Shown one piece after another: positions 24,686 through 36,800 of a stretch of 64,000 nucleotides of DNA (positions are counted from its first letter, which is position 1; the number at the start of each line of letters is the position of its first letter). Location: positions 7,068,001 through 7,132,000 of the forward strand of contig OZ059896.1 in assembly GCA_964057225.1 (NCBI GenBank), in the 5' to 3' direction. Source of the DNA: Auanema rhodensis. Lineage: Eukaryota > Animalia > Nematoda. The notes under the pieces are model-generated. The model saw nothing but the letters and a program-made list of their open reading frames with translations. It made no database searches and was not told where the DNA came from. Position numbers and translations under genes: made by a program.

Positions 24686-25107
24686 GTTTGAATCCTGTAA
24701 TAGGAATAAAAGATCAGTAATGAGTAACTTTGTTTAGAAAAAGATCAATAGCGTATGATATGATAAAATGAATTATATGTCAATCAAACGATGAACGAAT
24801 TCCGGCAAAAGAAAAGTCGGAGAGAGAAGTAAAAAAGGCGGATCGATGAACAGAAGACAAATTAATTCATCAAGTGATAACTGATACAGCTCTATCAGTG
24901 ATTAGATAGATAAGGAATAAAGGTAACCATGCATATAGTTAGTATGATACAAAATAAATTTAAGATATCATTCATGCATTGAAGTTCAGCATTTGATTTT
25001 TTTAAAAATTCAAATTATAATTTAAAATTTTATATATCAACAGCTAAACAAGAAAACAAACAAAACAATAATCTAACTATGCTAGACTTTAATTATATTG
25101 CAACATC

Positions 25108-26632
25108 CTACATAGCTGCAGCTATCTCTCCAGTTTCTTCAGTCTTTTTTTCTTCCTTCTTCTTTCCCTTTTTATTTCTTCTTTTTTCAAGCTATAATAA
25201 TCATATAAAATATAATAAAATTTAAAAATTTAAAACCTTCTCGATTTCTTCTTCACTTGCAACTGGTAACCATTGCTGAATATTAATAGCATAATGATCA
25301 TCTCCAGGCATTGTCATTAACAAAGCTCTGAAAATTATTATTCTACTTGATTCATAAACTTTTAGAACCTGTTAACAAATGGACCTAAAGCTGGGTTTCT
25401 ATGTTCGCATGCTGCAGCAATTACAGCACCAATGTTAGCTTCAATATGTTCATCGGGCATATTAAGCTGAAACAAATAAAACTGCTAAAACAACAACAGA
25501 AACAAAGAATACTCGGCCGATAATTGGATCACAAATACCCCAGATGGGATATACTGGATCTCCTTTAATATTCAATTTGACTCCACTTTTGAACTTTTCA
25601 ATAAGCTCAGGAAGATTGTCCCCCAAACCGCCTAAATAAATATAAATAAACACATTTTTTGAAAATATTTAAACCATTTTTTCTAGTGGGAAATCTAGTT
25701 TTTAAAATGCCTCTGAGTGGCAAAATGAAAGAAGCCATATCTGTATGGGAAACACAAAAATCATAGTCATCAGTTCGAAATTGGCCTTTCATAATCTAAA
25801 ATAAATTCAACTAACAACATTATTTTTAAAAAGAACAAACTTTTTTGATCATTTCTTGACCAAGAGCAATTTCGGCGCCGTTTTCAGTGGCTAATTCTTG
25901 GAGCTTTAAATCATTCGCAAACGCAAGAATAGTTCTTTTTTCGCTGTGAGCGAAAGGAAACGGAACGGGAACGATTTCATCTGAACTCGATATCATTTTA
26001 GTCTAAAATTATCATTATGAATTTTCAATATATAATTAAAAATTACTTGTCTTTCAGTTGACATATTCAATTCTAAACGTAATCTAAGAGGAGCATTCGG
26101 GTTGTTATAAATAGACGGTTGCTGCAACTCCCTGTGCATAGCGAGTGCTTCGGAAACTGAATAAAATTGTGTTTTTACGCTACCTCTGTAAATTATAAAT
26201 AAATTCAAAAATAAAGCTCTCTGTTACCTAATAAATACATTAGTTATCGGCTTCTCAGGTAAATGAGCTTCATCTTCTCGAATCAAACGTCCAGGAAATT
26301 GTTGAGATGGAGAGAGCCTATGAGAACACAGATGTAATATAAATTTAAATAGAACAAAGCGTACAAACTCTTCATTCTGCGAATATTAATTCTTTCCATG
26401 AAATTATACTGTTTCCTAGCAGCTTCTTTTTCTTCACGTTTTATCCTACGTTCCAGTTTTTGCTGTCTAGTCATAGTCTGTTTCAATGCTCTTTTACGGC
26501 CTGAAAATATCTGTTAGTATGAAATGAATACATGGAATAACCTCTTTGTTGTTGCACACATGCAGCCAACATAGAAGGCTGAAGCAAATCAAACGTTGCA
26601 TTATTAACGGTTCTTCTGATCAGGGAAAACAT
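25108..26632 (-). CDS. mrpl-1: Mitochondrial ribosomal protein L1 (uL1m)
   Basis: Transit-peptide-like start MFSLIRRTV; AMHRELQQPSIYNNPNAPLRLRLELNM; RTILAFA; GAEIALG; LRGILKTRFPTRKNG; EANIGAVIAAACEHRNPALGPF. Confidence 0.88.
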
Positions 26633-27433
26633 TCATGTGATTATATACGCCTAACTACCTGATTCTGAAACATATTTACAAATGTTTATTTATGTAAGAG
26701 CAACATATAACTTTTCAAACGAAAATAAAAGTCATTGTTTAATGTTTCATGTTTACAAGAGCATACATCTATGAAAGTTCAAACGTTTATTTTTTTTAGA
26801 AAGAAAATGGATGTAGAAAATTAAACTACAATATATACATAATGATTTTTTACTAATTAAAGAACACTGGAATATTTAAGACTGAAGTACATTATAACTT
26901 TCTCTTAACATTTAGAGCCTATAATAAAAAATCGAATCAACAACCATTAGAATATTAATTCAATAATTTGATTTTTCATGCTTATTATTTTATGTTTTAA
27001 AAAAATAATCATATTATAGTGATTTATTCTAAATCAAGCGTTTGATCAAGTTTGTATAGCTTAAGTGTGAAGGATTGGCCATTAAAACTCTCACAACGAA
27101 ATATATCTTTTTATTCGCGAGCAGTTGCGGGGCGGTCGAATATGAGGGTACCTCTCGACATGACTGTTCGACCACGATGCTCAATGATTTTCAATAGATT
27201 TCTTCTAAAATCCCTTTTACTAATCAATATTAAGTTATTCAGATTTTTTAAAAAGTTTTATTAAGACATTATTTTTTTGCTTATTTCCTGTAGTTGGTAA
27301 TCGATATTTTATCATTTGTTCGTTTTATTAAATTTAATTGTCAATGAATGTGGTGTATTGTTCGTTAAAGGAATAGCTCTTCCCAATATCGCTCATTTTT
27401 CCTAAATTTCAAATTATTTTGTAGCATTATAAA

Positions 27434-28680
27434 ATGGCTGGTGGTGAAGGTGGACTTCCTGATAATGACAAAGCCCGTATTGCTAGTGGCTTTTTAGAAC
27501 ATGCTCCTCCAGGAGAATTTAATGAGGTTGCTTTCGAATTTTTTTATTAATTATTGTGTATTATTTAATTTTCAGGTTTTCAATTCAGTTAGAATGCTCT
27601 TAAATAACGACACACTTCTCAAAGAGAGATGTTCTCCTGCTATTGCTCAATACAATTGCAATCAATTTGTTCCTGTTAAGTTAGATGGAGTAGAGAGACA
27701 AGTAGTTTATTTTTTTAATATTTCATTGAATAACTTCTTTTAGACACTTGTTACTCCTTACAATGATTTAGGAAACGGTAAATTCTTTGATGATAACTCA
27801 AAAAAGAGCTTTAAGTATGATCACTTGCGAAAGGAGGCAAGTGATATTCAACCCTATCAAGGTGAAGGAGGTACTATTGAAACATGGAGAGTTGCTCTTC
27901 AAAAGGTATTGATTTTTTTTACTATTTACTTATTGTTATCTACATGAAGGAACTTGATCATTATATTGATGAGCATTACACCAAATCTGGCGTTGGATGT
28001 GTGTTTGCTCGTAACGGCCGTATTAGTATTTGCATTGAATCACATTTATTCCAACCAAAGAATTTCTGGTATATCTATCTAGTTCATTCTTTCTTTATTC
28101 TTTTTTATAGTAATGGGCGCTGGAGATCTGAGTACACAGTTCCCGTTGCAGATATCAAACCTGGTACTTTTGAATTTACAGGGATTATTAAAGCACAGGT
28201 ATTTTCTTATTTTTGTTTATTTTAATTATTTTACTGATTAGGTTCACTATTTTGAAGATGGAAACGTTCAGTTAATCAGCCAAAAAGAGACGAACAGCAA
28301 AGTAAATGTCACTGTATGTTTCTTGTTTATAATATACTTAAATATTCGTCACCCTTTAAGGCTGATATTGAAAAAACAGCAAAGGAAATATTTGCCGCAA
28401 TCTGTGAAGAAGAAACCACTTATCAGGTTTTTTTGTGATATTTGTTATATTTAAAAACATTTATATGTTTAGTTATCTGTACAAGAAAGTTATACTTGTA
28501 TGTCGGAAAATACCTTCAAAGCTCTTCGTCGTCAGTTACCAGTTATTAGGGCCAAAATGGATTGGCATAAGGCAAATATTTTTTTTATAATTTTTCAACG
28601 TTTGTTTTTGATAAGGAGTTTTTATTCGTAATTTTCAGGTTCAATCTTACCGTATCGGACAAGAGATGAAGCCACAATAA
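27434..28680 (+). CDS. cap-1: F-actin capping protein alpha subunit
   Basis: [85 protein letters not shown]. Confidence 0.97.
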
Positions 28681-29127
28681 AGCATTAATATTCTAGTTAT
28701 CGAGCTTCGGACTTTACCTTATTCGATTCTTAATCGCTTCTCACGGCTTTCGTTTTGTATGGGCTTTTGAACTCCTTTTAATTGATTCTTTTTTGCCAAA
28801 GGCCCTGTGTGTTCCTTAACCTTAATACCCTCTAGTTGGTTTAGTGTTTGTAAATTATTTGCACATTCTCGTATTTATTCCAATTTATTCTATGTTCGCA
28901 TGCCTTAATGTATAGCCTATCTTTCTTCTAGGCGGCATATTCAGTCACTCACCTGAAGAAATATAAGTAATTGAAAAAACTCTAATTATGCTTGTGTATT
29001 CAAGTGCTGTACTGCTATAAAAATTCTCATTTATAAGGCTTAAATATTGATTTAATCTGATTGAACCAGTAAAATGTCTAGATTGTGAAGATGTTAAAAT
29101 TGGAGATCAATACATAGCTTGTTGTAG

Positions 29128-29953
29128 ATGACAGAAGCTGCCATTACAAATGAACTCAATTCTACTTCTGTAACTAGTCTTCTTCCGTTGAATTCAACTG
29201 ATGTTGAAGCCAATAACGTGACTTTGACTTCCACGTTAACAACTATTCTTTCGACGTCAACTTCATTGGTTTGTAATAAAATACTCTTCTTTCTTAATAA
29301 ATACTGCTGTTAGCCATCAACTATATCGACAACAAATACAGTGCCCACCTCAGTAACTGAACTTGTAACATCTACTGTAATAAGTACAACAACGGAAGCA
29401 GTTTCAACTTCATCGTCTGGGTTGATATTTTTCTCTTTCATAGTTTTTATTGTTGCTTCTGCTCTTATTGGTAAGATTATAATAAGTAACCGTAAAAAGT
29501 AAGTTTTTTTATAATTACTAGTATAGTAATCCGATTGTTTAGAAGATCCGATCTAATCGGAGGTAGTGCTCGGTGGCGATTAGCTGCATCACAACAATCT
29601 GGTTCTGGACCTACTAGAACCGCTGCTAGTTATGCACCAATGGATACAAGACGACCAGGTGCTCCGGGTGGTTTAGATGCACCAGGTCCCGATCGTAATT
29701 TGGATTGGGAACGTCAATTTTTCGATGATAGTGAACCAGTGGTGAGTATATATTAAATTTTTTTTTTTGTTATTTTTTACGCCAATGGTTTTATAGATAA
29801 ATGTTGTTATTTAAGAGAAGGTTTGTTATTGTTGTAACTTTTGAGCGTTGTGTTGTTAACTTACTTTTTCTTTGGAATACGCATGATTTACACTTGAGTA
29901 TCTTTCAGGAACCATCACGTCTTCGATTTGAATTTGGACAAGAACGTGTATGA
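29128..29953 (+). CDS. Small single-pass membrane protein with Ser/Thr-rich (mucin-like) ectodomain and a cytoplasmic tail ending DRNLDWERQFFDD..RLRFEFGQERV
   Basis: Four phase-compatible exons; TM segment GLIFFSFIVFIVASALI followed by basic NRKKR. Confidence 0.75.
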
Positions 29954-30204
29954 CTAGACAATTGTTGAAAAACAACTATATGCTTTATATTTATTCGGGC
30001 ATTTTTTCATTTAATATTTTTGTTAACATTTTTGAAGAAAATAGCAAGCATCATTAATGTTTGTTTAAAATGATATCGTGTAATTGTTACCTGCAGTCAT
30101 TTCTATCCAGAAAGATTAGTCATTCCGTTTCCGGGCTTATTTTGTTTTTTCTTTTTCAGTACTTGAAATAAAAAATAAAAACATTTTTATTTTTATACAA
30201 TGTT

Positions 30205-30902
30205 TTAATAAATTGCTGTTTCTTGCTCTCTTGTGTTTCGATAATAAGTTATTGCCTGATTTTCAATTGAAGTAGGTGTTGATATGACGAATCCCTCATT
30301 CGGAGAAATTTGTCGAGTGTTTTCATCTGGGGTAGATATTTCTTTTCTAGGTGATCTTGGTGTCGGTAAAGGTCCCAGACGAGGTGAGAGTCGATCAGGA
30401 TCCATGGCTTAATATTTATTTATGTTTCCGTAGTGTTCTAGTAATAACTCACATGCTCCTCGGCTTCTACGAACACTATTTGATCGTGAGTGTGTGGATG
30501 TTGATCGCTTTCTTCGAGAGGACCGAACAGAACCACCTGAATTCGAACAAAAATCAAATGTTTATGTATGAGTAGACGATTGGTCAAGGGTTAGTAATGC
30601 GAGAAAAACTTGCCATCGGACCAGAATTTTGAAAATTCTTTAACACTTCGGTTTGTATTACGTAAAGATGGTTGTCTTCTAGGTAAATTGCCTGTGGCTG
30701 GCGCTGGAAACTTATAAATTGAATCTATTAGATGTACACTTTCTGGTATGAATAATAGATCAGGGTATTATTGATTGTAATATGTTTGGAAGAAGCCCTT
30801 AATCTATAATTACATTTTAAACTAACCGCTATTGCAAGCACGAACTCTTCGACGGGCTCCGTTGAACTTCGCTGCTCGGTTTGCCGATTGACTACTACCC
30901 AT
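30205..30902 (-). CDS. Small basic, Ser/Arg-rich disordered protein with N-myristoylation motif (MGSSQS)
   Basis: Four exons join in frame (one GC-AG intron): MGSSQSANRAAKFNGARRRVRACNSAPATGNLPRRQPS..SRRKRSTS..MDPDRLSPRLGPLPTPRSP..EQETAIY*. Confidence 0.65.
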
Positions 30903-31167
30903 TTGAACTGCCTTTAAAAGTAATGGCAATCATAATAAAAGTATATGAGAAAAAAAAGCTTAAGCCAATAATTGTTAAGAAACAAGTTAATGAATTTATA
31001 TGTAGCGGTTTAAGTCGAGTTAAGCTACTACATAATAGATATTTTGAAATTTTGTTGTTTTTCTTTTTGAACTGTGCAAAACAGAAAAAAACTTCTTGGT
31101 TTAAACATCAAGAAAGATTGTCGAAGATATGAATAGTAAATGAGTGCCAAAAAAGCGATATAACTCC

Positions 31168-31184
31168 GGGGGGGGGGGGGGGGG
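31168..31184 (+). repeat. G17 homopolymer (G-quadruplex-capable)
   Basis: 17 consecutive G in AT-rich intergenic DNA. Confidence 0.95.
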
Positions 31185-33871
31185 ATGAAAAACAAATGTT
31201 CAGAAACAGTTGAATAGGATAGGGATATAAAAGTCCTCCATTATTCAGTTTTGGTTATAGATATTCAGGAGAGAGTTAGAATGAGTAGAATGACCTAAGA
31301 ATACGGGAATGAAATAGAACTTTTAGATCAGTGTGGGATAAGAAGTATCATTTTCCAAATTGTAAACGAAATGTGTTTTTGTAAAGAGGCAAAAATTGAA
31401 TTGAAAGCTTAGAATGAGGATCGCCATGCTATTTGAAATTACATTGCCAGGGACAGGAACTAAAAAAAGTGAATAAAAGAAAATGAACAGAACAAAAGAA
31501 GAAAAAAAGAAAGTCGAAAATTCTTCTCAGAAACGTAGAGAGAGGGGGGGGAGGAAATAAAACAGCTGGATATGAAGCAGAAAAATGAAAAAACCGAAGA
31601 GAATATTCAGTAAATCGAAGTAAGACATAGTTTTGAGTTGGTGATTTTGAAGTTCTAGACGAATACACCAACGAAAACCAAGCCAGCAGACCAGCATGAT
31701 GAGCTTGAAACATTGAAAAGGATATACCGAGAGAATGGAGAAGAGAATCTGTGAAACAGAGGAATATGACAGAATTAAAGAGAGATTGAGAACGAGAAGA
31801 TGATACAAGATGACTAAATAAAGGTTCGATGGGAAATTTGATGATGTGCCTTGGATGGATGGAGATTCAGGACTCATGCTGAATTTCATTACAGTAGTTA
31901 TGTATTAGAGAAAGAAAAGCAGATTTATAGAAAATTAGAACAACTTTCATAACTAATACTTTTTGTATTCTATTATATAAATCATATAACATAAAATAGA
32001 TGTTTGATATTACTATGATTTTCATTTCTCATCACACATCTTTAATAAAGGAAAACTTCAAATAAAGAAATCAGATAGTTTTTTTCTAAGAATAATACTT
32101 TCATATTAACATTATAAACTTGATATGTGATATTATCAACATATAACATTATTAAAAAAAGTAGCCTACGAGAAGTGTATATTGATTATGAAAGTCTTTC
32201 AATCATAAAAACAAAATATAAAGAAACGCTCGCTAAAGAAGGATTATAGTTGCGATCTTAGTTCTTAAGATGTTTGAAAATACGCTTGTGAAATAGTCCT
32301 TTATGTCCCCCAAGGGGATGTAAGTTTAGCAAGATAGAAAGCTGTTGAGTATCTTCATCTGGAAGCAAAAAAAATAGAAACAAAAACCAGATTACAAGGC
32401 TTTTAAAAGTGTCATTGTGAATTTCTATTCAGTCTTTACCCTTTTTCTGTTTAGTAGAACTTTTTTTTTAAATAAAAGCAACAACTGTGACAGCTTGTTC
32501 ATGTTATTGAACAATTATGAAGAATGATAATTTATCCTCTGAAGATATCACTGAAGAAAACTGAAACAGACTAAAATTTCAAAATAAAAGCAGGAACTGA
32601 AATGTAGAGAATCTAGAGAAATCTAAAAAGAAAAGATTCTTTGGTCTTGCATAGGCTCCTGCTCATATCCGTTGCCAAGGAAATAAAGAAATGATGTGAT
32701 TAGAGGATTGTCTAATACTACATGAGCTTCCTAAAATGAACTTCAGATGCAGACTGCTCTCTCTGATTATATGGAAATGCTAAACTTCATCTAAAGCATT
32801 AGAGAGAACCGCAAACATGAACCTAACTTAATCATTATTTGTAGGAGATGATTCAGAGATTGGCTCAGTTTCAGACACGCCAAACAAAGAAACGGCAGAA
32901 ATCCGATGAATAATCGTGTATCATCTATAAGACAGATTACATACCAAAAAGAAAACATTTTTCTGTTTAATTTCTAAACTTTGATGTTATGAAGCATAAT
33001 GTGAAAGATTTTTTTATTAATAGCTCTATCATCAATATAGCATATTCAGCATGCTTTTTGCGGCTTTCTTTTTGCAAATTGTGAAGACTACGTCGGATTT
33101 TCTGATTAACGTGGTCTTGTTATGTAAAAGATATATTATTGTTGTGAGATTGACTGAAATTACGTAGTATTATACTGTTTCGTGAAATAGAAACAATATT
33201 TGAATGGCAATGTCTTGTGCAACATACAGTGTCATATTAAAATTAGTCTTGAAAGAAAAGATGTTTCTGCTGATAAACAACATTTACATCTTTTCTCATT
33301 CCAAATTTGATAAATGTATATGCAAAACATATTGGAACTGATTACTTTCAAATTGTTCATTATAATTTCTTCAATATGCGGATATGTAACATAAACTGTT
33401 GAAACAATGGAATAGAAATCACAGCATCTTAGCCGATTTACAGCTTCCAGTGTTTAATGACTTAGATCGTTCAGTAACAATCCATTAATTTTTCAAATAC
33501 ACGCATTAAATCTAAATGAAAGTAGTAATTTTAAATAAAGAAATACATGATATTCGAGAACCTGTGTGTGAAATCACAAATATAAAAAATAGGGATTACA
33601 TGAGATTATTATACAAAATAACACAGATTGGAAATGATCACAAGCGATGCATGGCCTCAAGCTAGTAGCAGAATTATTAAAAAATAAGAAATACAATGAA
33701 AATACTTGATGATACCGGTCTAATTGTTAGTGTTGGGGAAAAAACTTTCAACTTAAGATTTGTTAATGACAGAAGGGTATAACTATGATATTATGACTAG
33801 AAGCACCGATATATGACCAGTACTCTTTGTCTAGTATTACATTAGTTCATTTACATTTATAGCTATTCCTC

Positions 33872-36800
33872 TCAAAGTTTTAAAGAGGAAGGAATAACAT
33901 TTTTATCGGTGCTGCTTGAAAATCTCGTTTTGCGATATCTGCAAAATACACTAATTATTTAAAGAGATTTATCTATAGATTACTTTTTAACGATAGCATC
34001 CACAGAATATTTAGTATCAAGAAATGTGGCTAGTACACTCTCAGATAAGACTGAAGCGACTATCTGGGCTAAATTGATTCTCCATTCTCCGTCTTCTAGC
34101 CTGAAACAAGTAGAACTTAATGAAAATCAGCTAATAAGGAACGTACCCATGAGGTATATTACCAATTCGTCTCATTTGAGCCGTTTCATTATCTTCTTCT
34201 TGATCTTCATCCGAAAACTCATCATCATTTTTGCCGTCTTCACTTTTGTTTGTTAAGGTCTGATCACGCATAGCATCGGCTATCTCAGCTTCCATTTTCG
34301 CTTGAAACTCGCGATATGACTCTCCAACTTGTAACAGAAGAGTCCCTAAAAAGAATATTTCAGTCGTGCATTAATCTAATGAGGAAACATACCGACTATA
34401 GCCAATGCGTGAAATAGTTGTTGATCCGTCTCTCGCCCACTCAGTAAGTCATAAATTGTTTTCCATAATTGAATAAATTGAACCTGCAAAAAAGCTCCTA
34501 ACATTGTTTTTGAATATCTACGGACTTGACTCATATCCGGAAGCGATTTAAGCTCTAATTTGGTAGAAGCTGGCTCGGTTGTATTCAGTTTTGCTTTCAA
34601 ATCTCTCATCTTCACTATAGATTCCTCGACTAGTGAGAAAGAATCTGTAAACAAAAAGATTTTTATTTAATAATGCATATAATTACCTTCAGATGCTTCA
34701 TCCGCAACAGTAATTTTTTCATTACTATTATTGGACGGTGAGCTCCCCACAGATTTGGCAGCTATTAAGTCTATGAGAGATGCAGCATCCGATGATTGAT
34801 CGTCAATAGCGGAAACACTTCCGATTGTGCTGGATCGCAGCTGAAAAAATAGTGGATTGGTGTTTTTTTTTCTAATTTAACTACCTTTTCATCATTCACC
34901 TTTGAACACGATGGGCCAGTATTAGATCTTATTCTGTTAACAGGAGGAGACGCAAGAATTGAAGCAGCTTCTAAAGCTTCTTCCGGCTCATCTAAGATAT
35001 TAAACAGTTATATAGTCACATTATGAGTAAAACAACCTGACAAATGATCAGTAGTTGGTGTTATTTCGTCCAAATCAGTAATATCAAAAGCTGGAGGTAG
35101 ATGGCATTTATAAAGCAGGTAAAGCTTTTCCACTGATTCCCCTCGGATAAGAGTTGATAGAGCAAGGACGACGTCACGAAAAGTTAAAAGACCACTTTCA
35201 CTAACGTCTAATAGCTAAGAAAAAAAGAGATATAAATAGTTTCAGACTACGGTTATCATGAAAGAGAAAGTGCGTTATAGAAGAAGATACTAACCCTGAA
35301 TAATCGGACAATAAAAATATTTGAAACTGGCCATGGAAGTAAACGAGGAAATACTTCAGCAAAAAGATCGTAATCCACTCTTAATGCACATATCACAGTT
35401 GTAACTCTATTTCTCTTAATATTACCTATATTGTGACTGAGCGCAGGGATCAGGGCGAGGCCTTTCAGTTAATGTACGGGTATTTCCATATGCACTAACA
35501 CCAAGTCTCTGGCGCCAAGATAGCAGATGTTCTTCCTGTAATACGTAACCGTCATGATAAGTTCAAGGATTGTCATCAATTAATCAAGAGAAGTGAAGTG
35601 ATCGTCAGAATCTAAGCGATAATGGGGTCATATTTGGTTTCAGAGAAATGAACTTCATTGGATTGCCCAGATTGTGATCGGTCCGAAAATTTTGTCATTA
35701 TTTCAGCTGTCTAACCTTTGTATAATTTTTACTTTTCTCCAGATGTCTACGTTGATCAGGTATGTAAGCCTGTTGCTACTCTTATGCTGGACACATACGG
35801 TATCTAGTTGTATGCCTACAACATCAACATCTAATCTACAGCTTGTGTCAACTTCTCAAGAAAGTAAAAATATCGTTCGCCGAGCTCCTCAAGCTAAAAT
35901 CGAACCCGGCAAGATAAGAATAACCATCAACAATCAGGAGCAGCTAAAGGCCAAAACATTCTTACCAACTACTACTGCTGCAACTACTACCGTGAGCCAA
36001 ATAGAGTTGAACCAGAATATAAATTCGAATGCATCGGCAAAACCCACTGAGCCCTCAAGGAAAGTTCAAAAAGAGGTTCCAGATGATAACTTAGCGGAAC
36101 ATCGCGCAGCATTCCAGAAAGCAAAAGCCTTTAGACAGCCATCTCTGACCACATCTACTTTAGCGACATTTAAACAACCTCAAGAGGAAAAAAGACCTCA
36201 AGCTAAGGCAAAAGCTTCAAAACGTTTGACAGTTGCGGAAAACAACAAGCTAAAGCATTCACGACAGAATGGAAAATTCTTTGAAATAGAATCGAGTAAT
36301 GTGAAGGTAAATGCTATTAAATATAAGAAGAAACATTTTCAGATGTCTGCAAGTCGTGCCCTGAATTGCTCATGCCCACTAATGGAAAGATGAAAAAAAT
36401 ATGTGACAATTGGAATTCTCTGGAGAAAAATTTTAGCATGGTGATCGATCCAAAGAAACCCAGAATTTCAAATTATGAGAATATAACTACATGTTCTAGG
36501 AATATTACTTGCTCAGCTCCTCATGCTATTATAAAGTAAGGATTAAAAAAATATGATTTAGTAAATACTTTGCACTTTCAGATGGCCAAATTTTCATCTT
36601 TGTGACATTTTAACAGAAGTAAATCCCGATCTATCCTTCACTTTTACTTGCAATGGAACACACTGGTTCGTCAACAAGTATCCGATAGAAGCAGTATCAT
36701 GCGGAATGAAGAAATAGAAATTGAAACAGTAGAAAAATTAATAAATTAAAAAAACAACATTAATAATAAAACGTTAAAATGCTTATCAACTTACTTTAAT

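Noticed and set aside
31429-31889. Hydrophobic - strand ORFs of 94 and 120 aa
   Set aside because: Derived from GA/TC-rich intergenic DNA; no family motif or exon chain
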